Assembly (NCBI GenBank): GCA_964016885.1
Contig: OZ024741.1
Location: forward strand, 284,208,001 to 284,272,000
DNA from: Eledone cirrhosa
Taxonomy: Eukaryota
DNA length: 64,000 bases
Direction: 5' to 3'
A model generated the notes under the pieces. It searched no databases. It saw only the letters and a list, made by a program, of their open reading frames with translations, and was not told the DNA's origin. Positions within the stretch are counted from its first letter, which is position 1, and each line of letters starts with the position of its first letter. Positions 41,090 through 51,292 of the stretch are shown here, piece after piece. The translations under genes were made by a program, and so were the position numbers.

Positions 41090-41479
41090 GTGTATATATA
41101 TATATATATATACATAAAGTCATAGATATATATGTGGCAACCGGTCACGTTGTGGCTCAATGAAGAATTAATAAATTAAATAATCAGAGCAATATATCAT
41201 AAATCATGTCCTTAGAATTATTAGATAAAATATATACCATTTCCTCTCCCAATTAGCATAATTAACCATATAAAAAATCAATTAGACCAGGCTATAAGAA
41301 TAAAGGCTCCTATGAAGAAATATTTGACAAATAACCGAAAGCGGCCTCTTCGCGGTGACCCCAATAGAGTATTTAACCAACATTTCAGCAGCATGTAGAA
41401 ACTGACTAAATATACCGTCAACCATAAACATTTAGGTTTAAATTTAAACTTAGAAGAAACGTGTACATACCGTAATTAC

Positions 41480-41558
41480 ATCTCTACCATGGTTTCGTCC
41501 GTATTTTTAGATATCCTATTGTTAGGATGGACCTAGAGTAACAGACTCTTCAGGAGAC
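41480..41558 (-). ncRNA. Type I hammerhead ribozyme (stem III CCATGG)
   Basis: Reverse complement of the motif at 42236-42314. Confidence 0.85.
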
Positions 41559-42235
41559 AAACTCAAGATTGGACAGTTAATTTTCCAAAGCGATCGCGCC
41601 AAAAATAGATTCAAAAATGGCTAAGAGTCGTGACGTGGCAGTGGTCAAGTTAGAAAGAATGTGATTAGTTGCTTACGGCGGGTAGGCTGGTTGCTAGAAA
41701 GCGCAGCCAAATATCGCCCAATTTTATCTCAACCCAACGGGAGATTATTTAATATAAGGATTTACATATACATAAAGTCATTGTTAGGATGGACCTAGAG
41801 TAACAGACTCTTCAGGAGACAAACTCAAGATTGGACAGTTAATTTTCCAAAGCGATCGCGCCAAAAATAGATTCAAAAATGGCTAAGAATCGTGACGTGG
41901 CAGTGGTCAAGTTAGAATGTGATTTATTAATTCTTCATTGTGATTTATTAATTCATGTGATTTATTAATTCTTCATTGAGCCACAACGTGACCGGTTGCC
42001 ACATATATATCTATGACTTTATGTATATGTAAATCCTTATATTTAATAATCTCCCGTTGGGTTGAGATACAATTGGGCGATATTGGGCTGCGCTTTCTAG
42101 CAACCAGCCTACCCACCGTAAGCAACTAATCACATTCTTTCTAACTTGACCACTGCCACGTCACGATTCTTAGCCATTTTTGAATCTATTTTTGGCACGA
42201 TCGCTTTGGAAAATTAACTGTCCAATCTTGAGTTT

Positions 42236-42314
42236 GTCTCCTGAAGAGTCTGTTACTCTAGGTCCATCCTAACAATAGGATATCTGAAAATACGGACGAA
42301 ACCATGGTAGAGAT
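42236..42314 (+). ncRNA. Type I hammerhead ribozyme (stem III CCATGG)
   Basis: gtctc CTGAAGA gtctgt...acggac GAAA ccatgg TA gagat. Confidence 0.86.
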
Positions 42315-42685
42315 GTAATTACGGTATGTACACGTTTCTTCTAAGTTTAAATTTACACCTAATTGTGTATGGTTGACGGTATATTTAGTCAGTTTCTACA
42401 TGCTGTTGAAATGTTGGATAAATACTCTATTGGGGTCACCGCGAAGAGGCCGCTTTCGGTTATTTGTCAAATATTTCTTCATAGGAGCCTTTATTCTTAT
42501 AGCCTGGTCTAATTGATTTTTTATATGGTTAATTATGCTAATTGGGAGAGGAAATGGTATATATTTTATCTAATAATTCTAAGGACAGGATTTATGATAT
42601 ATATATATATATATATATATAGTAATTATGAAGACGAAATTCCAAAGAGGGCTCGATAATCTGTACTAATAATAAATATATACAT

Positions 42686-42814
<129 letters not shown>

Positions 42815-42860
42815 GTATGTATATATTTATTATTATATATAAACACGAGAATTGAATTTT

Positions 42861-43151
42861 TCACACGTTGTACACACGTCACCAAACACCTATTGCATAA
42901 CTACAAGGCTCCGGACTGATTCTTTGTAATTTTATTTTCAACCTAGAAACTTTTCTGACTTTCGCAGTTATCCAATTTACACATCTCGCACGCAGTCTAG
43001 TATTGCCTGTGTGAAGTGACCGGATTTCTGCGCATGCGCGTTCGTACGGTTGTCCTTCCTGTTCTTATAACTATGCCCATTCCGAGCTGAGGATCCGCTA
43101 AGGTGAAACAAAAACTCAGTATGGTGAACTAACTGTTGTGTAACCACTTCT
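42861..43151 (+). mobile_element. ~290-bp element with a decayed HHR (family of 49642-49934)
   Basis: Reverse complement of 49642-49934. ccgag CTGAGGA..GAAA at 43082-43109. Confidence 0.75.
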
Positions 43152-44617
43152 CTCTCTCTCTCTCTATATATATGAAAAAATTGGGGAGAAGAATACTGCA
43201 TGGTTGCACATGGATAACATGTTATAAAATGAGCCCCTCATCAGTGATTTACCAACGGTCATAGGTATTTCATTGCATTAAAAATCATATACTTCACGTT
43301 GGCGCAATAATAACTAAAATAAGTTATTAGGACAATTAAAACGCGTAAAGCGAGTGAGACAAGTAAAAAACACAGAGGAAAGCTAACCGAAGATAGGAAG
43401 AGATACAAGCTACATAGTTATTCTATCAGTATAAGCTGGGTGAATATATGAGCGAGTAGAAAATAGACCTTTCGAGATGAAACCGATGTGAGAAAGAAGG
43501 AAAATCGTTAACGTCGCGAACGGGGGGAAGTGAGAAGGGGAGAAACAGTGAGTGAGTGGAAGTGTGAGGAAGAGGTGAGTAGAGAGAAAGTGTTAACTGA
43601 CATGACAGAGGGGGACGAAAGAAAGTAAGAGAAACAGAGAGAACGAGGGAGCAGTAAGAGAGAGAGAGAGAGAGAAAAACAGAATCGCAGTTTAGGTAAA
43701 TATATATATATATATAGTAATGATAATTATGAAGACCAAAATCTGAAGAGGGCTCTATAATCTGTACTAATATTATTCAACATATTAATAACAAGATTCA
43801 ATCCCTAATACCTTGGTTTTACTACATCCTATTTAGTACATTTCCTGAGGCATTTGAACTTTTCACACCCATCCAAAGAATTCAGTAATCTTCAAAACAT
43901 TCTCAATTTCTTAATTCCTTCTCCTCCCTCTCCACTCTATTCGATTCTTAACTTCTACTCTCTCCTTTTCTGTCCTTCTCTTTATACCCTCTCTACCCTC
44001 TCGACCATATATGGCAAACATTGAAACCTTCACCCATACCAATGGTCAAAGGATAATTGTTCCGCATCACAGTACACAGATTGATAATGTCAAACTCTTT
44101 TCCCCCACTCCTTCTCCACCTAACTCTCTACCATCACACTAACTTACTGTATTTTATTTTATTCTTTTTCTTTTGTCATTTTCATTTATATTTTCTCAAA
44201 CAAAAATACCATTTTTATACTGAACTTCTCATTCCTGAATTCTACCATGTGGTGGATAGTCACTTCCACAATTATAAGCTTTCTGAAGAAGTGCGATGTA
44301 TATATGTGATGTGAGTGTGTGTGTGTGTGTGTATATGTGTGTGTATATATATATATATATCAAAAGCTTGTATTGAGTTAGAAACTCAAAATAGTCTCAT
44401 TACAGTAAATTAGCTCTAGGAAAAAGGTTTTTCCGAGCCGTATATAACTGAACAAAAAGGAAAAACGAATACAGACATATATATATGTGTGTTCAAATCG
44501 TAATGGACCAAAATCGCTAATGTGAAAAAAATACTTACAGACAATAGGGTTTGCTGGGCTCAATTTAAGAATAAATTAAGAAAAATAAATATAAACCAGT
44601 ATTGTGGTACCTACCAT

Positions 44618-44910
44618 CACCCAGACGGTCTTTGATAGAACCGTTTCGCAATATTATTTGTGAAGAGATATGAAGAGGGCGATGGATTGGTAGTATCGGT
44701 AGAGGGTCGGACGCCATGCTTTGCAGCAAAGAGTTACGGCCCTTTATGGTCTGAGTTCAAATCCCGCCGAGGTTAACTTTGCCTTTCATCCTTACGGGGT
44801 CGATAAAATAAAGTACCAGTAATACACTGGGATAATTGCTGGCCTTGTGCCAAAAGTGGAAACAATTATTTGTGAAGAGATATACCAAATTCCAGGCTCA
44901 TCAGTGGGTG
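44618..44910 (-). ncRNA. Type I hammerhead with intact core, split by the SINE
   Basis: Minus strand reads caccca CTGATGA gc..[SINE]..gc GAAA cggt-loop-accg TC tgggtg. Confidence 0.7.
44677..44864 (+). mobile_element. Full-length SINE inserted in the stem II loop of the left-arm hammerhead
   Basis: Same SINE family. TSD attatttgtgaagagatat at 44653-44671 and 44865-44883. Confidence 0.9.
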
Positions 44911-45347
44911 AAGAAATTAGTATCCTCCTCACTTCTAAATCAAATAGAAAACTGGAAAGTGTGTGTATATATAACGCACATGGTTCCCGAACTTAGCGTG
45001 TCGCGCAGACTTACGCCACTAAAAATAGCAGCCGGGTCTACACGACATTTGAAATAGCTCTACGAATTAACGGAACCGAATATATCAAAAGCTTGTATTG
45101 AGTTAGAAACTCAAAATAGAGCTAATTTACTGTAATGAGACTATTTTGAGTTTCTAACTCAATACAAGCTTTTGATATATTCGGCTCCGTTAATTCGTAG
45201 AGCTATTTCAAATGTCGTGTAGACCCGGCTGCTATTTTTAGTGGCGTAAGTCTGCGCGACACGCTAAGTTCGGGAACCATGTGCGTTATATATACACACT
45301 TTCCAGTTTTCTATTTGATTTAGAAGTGAAGAGGATACTAATTTCTT

Positions 45348-45428
45348 CACCCACTGATGAGCCTGGAATTTGGTATATCTCTTCACAAATAACATTGCGG
45401 AACGGTTCTATCAAAGACCGTCTGGGTG
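45348..45428 (+). ncRNA. Type I hammerhead with a true hairpin stem III and GUC cleavage triplet (GAAA changed to GGAA in this copy)
   Basis: caccca CTGATGA gc...gc GGAA cggt-tctatcaaag-accg TC tgggtg. Confidence 0.72.
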
Positions 45429-45618
45429 ATGGTAGTTACCACAATACTGGTTTGTATTTATTTTTCTTAATTTAAGAATAAATTGAGTCCAGTAAACCTA
45501 TTGTCTGTAGATAGTATTTTTTTCCGCCTTAGCGATTTTGGTCCAATATATATATGTCTGTGTTCGTTTTTCCTTTTTGTTCAGTTATATATATATGTGT
45601 GTGTGTGAGTGTGTGTGT

Positions 45619-45668
<50 letters not shown>

Positions 45669-45671
<3 letters not shown>

Positions 45672-47355
45672 TATAGACATAGAATATTCGAAAATATTCT
45701 GTATGTTTATAATAAACATTTTGAAGACCTAATCGCTATAGAATAGAATACGTCACGTATTACAATTAGATTCTCGATAAAAGCAAGGGAAGTAAGTCTA
45801 CGCGTTTCATTCTTGTTAGAATTCATCAGGACTACATATCCAGTGCTTTTATCGAGAATGACACAGCTAGAGACTTATAGAATACTTAGCTGTGTACAGG
45901 AACTGGTTTGAAAGAGCGGTTGCCGGTCCGGCAGAAATTAGAAATTGGAATAAATGCTCTGAAATAGCGATATATATGTGAATATAGACATAGAATATTC
46001 GAAAATATTCTGTATGTTTATAATAAACATTTTGAAGACCTAATCGCTATAGAATAGAATACGTCACGTATTACAATTAGATTCTCGATAAAAGCAAGGG
46101 AAGTAAGTCTACGCGTTTCATTCTTGTTAGAATTCATCAGGACTACATATCCAGTGCTTTTATCGAGAATGACACAGCTAGAGACTTATAGAATACTTAG
46201 CTGTGTACAGGAACTGGTTTGAAAGAGCGGTTGCCGGTCCGGCAGAAATTAGAAATTGGAATAAATGCTCTGAAATAGCGATATATATGTGAATATAGAC
46301 ATAGAATATTCGAAAATATTCTGTATGTTTATAATAAACATTTTGAAGACCTAATCGCTATAGAATAGAATACGTCACGTATTACAATTAGATTCTCGAT
46401 AAAAGCAAGGGAAGTAAGTCTACGCGTTTCATTCTTGTTAGAATTCATCAGGACTACATATCCAGTGCTTTTATCGAGAATGACACAGCTAGAGACTTAT
46501 AGAATACTTAGCTGTGTACAGGAACTGGTTTGAAAGAGCGGTTGCCGGTCCGGCAGAAATTAGAAATTGGAATAAATGCTCTGAAATAGCGATATATATG
46601 TGAATATAGACATAGAATATTCGAAAATATTCTGTATGTTTATAATAAACATTTTGAAGACCTAATCGCTATAGAATAGAATACGTCACGTATTACAATT
46701 AGATTCTCGATAAAAGCAAGGGAAGTAAGTCTACGCGTTTCATTCTTGTTAGAATTCATCAGGACTACATATCCAGTGCTTTTATCGAGAATGACACAGC
46801 TAGAGACTTATAGAATACTTAGCTGTGTACAGGAACTGGTTTGAAAGAGCGGTTGCCGGTCCGGCAGAAATTAGAAATTGGAATAAATGCTCTGAAATAG
46901 CGATATATATGTGAATATAGACATAGAATATTCGAAAATATTCTGTATGTTTATAATAAACATTTTGAAGACCTAATCGCTATAGAATAGAATACGTCAC
47001 GTATTACAATTAGATTCTCGATAAAAGCAAGGGAAGTAAGTCTACGCGTTTCATTCTTGTTAGAATTCATCAGGACTACATATCCAGTGCTTTTATCGAG
47101 AATGACACAGCTAGAGACTTATAGAATACTTAGCTGTGTACAGGAACTGGTTTGAAAGAGCGGTTGCCGGTCCGGCAGAAATTAGAAATTGGAATAAATG
47201 CTCTGAAATAGCGATATATATGTGAATATAGACATAGAATATTCGAAAATATTCTGTATGTTTATAATAAACATTTTGAAGACCTAATCGCTATAGAATA
47301 GAATACGTCACGTATTACAATTAGATTCTCGATAAAAGCAAGGGAAGTAAGTCTA
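45669..47355 (-). repeat. Left arm: ~5.4 tandem copies of a 311-bp HHR unit (5 complete HHRs; first at 45792-45835, then every 311 bp)
   Basis: gaatatagacatag at 45669, 45980, 46291, 46602, 46913 and 47224. No differences between copies noticed. Confidence 0.96.
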
Positions 47356-49577
47356 TGTCTATATTCACATATATATCGCTATTTCAGAGCATTTATTCCA
47401 ATTTCTAATTTCTGCCGGACCGGCAACCGCTCTTTCAAACCAGTTCCTGTACACAGCTAAGTATTCTATAAGTCTCTAGCTGTGTCATTCTCGATAAAAG
47501 CACTGGATATGTAGTCCTGATGAATTCTAACAAGAATGAAACGCGTAGACTTACTTCCCTTGCTTTTATCGAGAATCTAATTGTAATACGTGACGTATTC
47601 TATTCTATAGCGATTAGGTCTTCAAAATGTTTATTATAAACATACAGAATATTTTCGAATATTCTATGTCTATATTCACATATATATCGCTATTTCAGAG
47701 CATTTATTCCAATTTCTAATTTCTGCCGGACCGGCAACCGCTCTTTCAAACCAGTTCCTGTACACAGCTAAGTATTCTATAAGTCTCTAGCTGTGTCATT
47801 CTCGATAAAAGCACTGGATATGTAGTCCTGATGAATTCTAACAAGAATGAAACGCGTAGACTTACTTCCCTTGCTTTTATCGAGAATCTAATTGTAATAC
47901 GTGACGTATTCTATTCTATAGCGATTAGGTCTTCAAAATGTTTATTATAAACATACAGAATATTTTCGAATATTCTATGTCTATATTCACATATATATCG
48001 CTATTTCAGAGCATTTATTCCAATTTCTAATTTCTGCCGGACCGGCAACCGCTCTTTCAAACCAGTTCCTGTACACAGCTAAGTATTCTATAAGTCTCTA
48101 GCTGTGTCATTCTCGATAAAAGCACTGGATATGTAGTCCTGATGAATTCTAACAAGAATGAAACGCGTAGACTTACTTCCCTTGCTTTTATCGAGAATCT
48201 AATTGTAATACGTGACGTATTCTATTCTATAGCGATTAGGTCTTCAAAATGTTTATTATAAACATACAGAATATTTTCGAATATTCTATGTCTATATTCA
48301 CATATATATCGCTATTTCAGAGCATTTATTCCAATTTCTAATTTCTGCCGGACCGGCAACCGCTCTTTCAAACCAGTTCCTGTACACAGCTAAGTATTCT
48401 ATAAGTCTCTAGCTGTGTCATTCTCGATAAAAGCACTGGATATGTAGTCCTGATGAATTCTAACAAGAATGAAACGCGTAGACTTACTTCCCTTGCTTTT
48501 ATCGAGAATCTAATTGTAATACGTGACGTATTCTATTCTATAGCGATTAGGTCTTCAAAATGTTTATTATAAACATACAGAATATTTTCGAATATTCTAT
48601 GTCTATATTCACATATATATCGCTATTTCAGAGCATTTATTCCAATTTCTAATTTCTGCCGGACCGGCAACCGCTCTTTCAAACCAGTTCCTGTACACAG
48701 CTAAGTATTCTATAAGTCTCTAGCTGTGTCATTCTCGATAAAAGCACTGGATATGTAGTCCTGATGAATTCTAACAAGAATGAAACGCGTAGACTTACTT
48801 CCCTTGCTTTTATCGAGAATCTAATTGTAATACGTGACGTATTCTATTCTATAGCGATTAGGTCTTCAAAATGTTTATTATAAACATACAGAATATTTTC
48901 GAATATTCTATGTCTATATTCACATATATATCGCTATTTCAGAGCATTTATTCCAATTTCTAATTTCTGCCGGACCGGCAACCGCTCTTTCAAACCAGTT
49001 CCTGTACACAGCTAAGTATTCTATAAGTCTCTAGCTGTGTCATTCTCGATAAAAGCACTGGATATGTAGTCCTGATGAATTCTAACAAGAATGAAACGCG
49101 TAGACTTACTTCCCTTGCTTTTATCGAGAATCTAATTGTAATACGTGACGTATTCTATTCTATAGCGATTAGGTCTTCAAAATGTTTATTATAAACATAC
49201 AGAATATTTTCGAATATTCTATGTCTATATTCACATATATATCGCTATTTCAGAGCATTTATTCCAATTTCTAATTTCTGCCGGACCGGCAACCGCTCTT
49301 TCAAACCAGTTCCTGTACACAGCTAAGTATTCTATAAGTCTCTAGCTGTGTCATTCTCGATAAAAGCACTGGATATGTAGTCCTGATGAATTCTAACAAG
49401 AATGAAACGCGTAGACTTACTTCCCTTGCTTTTATCGAGAATCTAATTGTAATACGTGACGTATTCTATTCTATAGCGATTAGGTCTTCAAAATGTTTAT
49501 TATAAACATACAGAATATTTTCGAATATTCTATGTCTATATTCACATATATATCGCTATTTCAGAGCATTTATTCCA

Positions 49578-49580
<3 letters not shown>
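47352..49580 (+). repeat. Right arm: ~7.2 tandem copies of the same 311-bp unit in opposite orientation (7 HHRs)
   Basis: CTGATGA at 47517, 47828, 48139, 48450, 48761, 49072 and 49383. Confidence 0.96.
47511..47554 (+). ncRNA. Minimal type I hammerhead ribozyme (representative of 12 copies; stem III CGCG)
   Basis: gtagtc CTGATGA attct-aaca-agaat GAAA cgcg TA^gacttac. Stem I is extended by the 16-bp attctcgataaaagca/tgcttttatcgagaat pairing. Confidence 0.92.
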
Positions 49581-49641
<61 letters not shown>

Positions 49642-49645
<4 letters not shown>

Positions 49646-49934
49646 GTGGTTACACAACAGTTAGTTCACCATACCGAGAACAATTGTTTCACCTTCGCAG
49701 ATCTTCAGCTCGGGATATGTATGGTTATAGGAACAGGAAGTACAACCGTACGAACGCGCATGCGCAGAAACTCGGTCACTTCACACAGGCAATACTAGAC
49801 TGCGTGCGAGATGTGTAAGGGGGATAACTGCGAAAGTTCGAAAAGTTTCTAGGTTGAAAATAAAATTACAAAGAATCAGTCCGGAGCCTTGTAGTTATGC
49901 AATAGATGTTTGGTGACGTGTGGACAACGTGTGA
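49642..49934 (-). mobile_element. ~290-bp element with a hammerhead at 49674-49713 (stem III CAATTG)
   Basis: Minus strand reads ccgag CTGAAGA tctgcgaaggt GAAA caattg TT ctcgg. Stem II is weak. Confidence 0.7.
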
Positions 49935-49973
49935 TTACAGGGGAAATCACATCTATCTATCTATCTATCTATA

Positions 49974-50012
<39 letters not shown>

Positions 50013-51275
50013 GGTCATAGCGTCCGTCACTTACTACCGCCTGACTGTCGTGCCTTGCCCTAAGGAAACACTCACCACCATGGAACGCATGCTCTTCCAA
50101 TTTCTTTGGAAGAAGCGTCCTCCTATGGTGAGAAGATCCATCTGCTGCCAACAACCTTCGAAAGGAGGGCTGGGGATGCCGTGGTTGATGATGCGTAGGC
50201 ACGCATTAAGGCTACGGCACCTACAGGTATTCCTCACTGGTCAACCGGTGTGGGCTCCGTTCGTGAAACGAGCCTTTCCGAGACTCGTCTCGCTCACCGA
50301 GCTACAGTCCTGGGTCAAGCAAAGATCCGGAAAACTGGGAGACTGGCACACTGAGTGTGCTCAGGCGCTCAGGGCTCTCTGGCAAGCGGGCCAGGCCATC
50401 GGTGGAGAATCCACCTCATCATTCTATAGAGGGCTGGTGGCTAGCAGGGGCGATGACACCCTTGGAGAGTCGCTGGACATGGAAGAAGACGAACTGGCCA
50501 GCCTGTTCGGTAGGACTTTCGGCCCAGGACCAATGGACAACTTCCAGAAGTCACTGGCCTGGCAGTGCTACCGGGGGGCTCTACCCGTTCGAGAGAGGCT
50601 CTACAGACACGGGCGCCCGGGCAGGGATCCCTCAAAAAAGATTTGCCCTAGATGCGTGCGTCACGAAGAAACCGTTGCGCACGCATTGGTGCAATGTCCG
50701 GACGTGGCTGATCTGTGGGGCTACGCCGAACGACTGCTGTCGCGGGTGGCGCCGATTAAATTGACCGCCGAGTCCGTGATGACAATCAAACCGCCTCCCC
50801 TCTTCACAAAGGAAGCAAAGGCGGTTTTTCTGTGCGTAATAGCCATGTTGAAAGAGGTTGTTTGGTGGACACGATTGAAAGGTCTGAGGTCAGGCAACTT
50901 CCTCTCTGGCCATAGTCTGGTCTACTTCTTCCGATATCACTTCGGAAGAAGGATAAGAATGGAGAGAGAGGTGCTTGGCCACAGGCAGTTTTATGAAAGG
51001 TGGGTGATAGTGGCGAGAATGGCTCGTGTAAATGGGCCTTCTCTGTATACCATCCTGTAGGTAAAGAAGTAAAGGAGAGGGGAGCACCTTCTTCATGTGC
51101 TCCCCGGGCAAAGGATTGCACACTTTTTCGGGGGTGTGTGCAACCCCCATCACGTCCCCTCCCTTTTGAGGTTATTTTCGATTATTTTCATGTTACACCC
51201 TTTTTACTCGATTATATGTAAACTCCCCCTTTGTATTTGTCCCTTCTTTTTATGCCTTTATGGTAAATAAAGAAA
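50013..51275 (+). mobile_element. 5'-truncated Tx1-type LINE in a (CTAT)n microsatellite
   Basis: Open ORF2 C-terminus (GGLGMP, CPRC..EETVAHALVQC), AATAAA, and (CTAT)n on both sides. Confidence 0.92.
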
Positions 51276-51292
51276 TCTATCTATCTATCTAT

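Larger units (their letters stand above)
41113..42600. mobile_element. Inverted duplication of a 658-bp HHR-containing non-coding unit (retrozyme-like), flanked by (TA)n
   Basis: Left arm 41113-41780 and right arm 41958-42600 are near-identical reverse complements. cataaagtca recurs at 41113 and 41771, giving a 658-bp period. Confidence 0.88.
44359..45592. mobile_element. Inverted duplication of a ~510-bp HHR-containing unit, flanked by (TA)/(TG)n
   Basis: atcaaaagcttgtattgagttagaaactc at 44359 and 45084, so the left arm is more than one unit. Inversion at ~45118. The right arm mirrors the left arm. Confidence 0.86.

Noticed and set aside
43170-43250. Additional hammerhead on the minus strand (CTGATGA GGGG..CCCC)
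   Set aside because: GAAA, stem III and the 3' strand of stem I are missing; at most a truncated remnant.
45669-49580. CRISPR array or ordinary satellite DNA
   Set aside because: There are no variable spacers or cas genes and the context is eukaryotic. Each unit carries a full hammerhead core, and the junction falls at the cleavage site.
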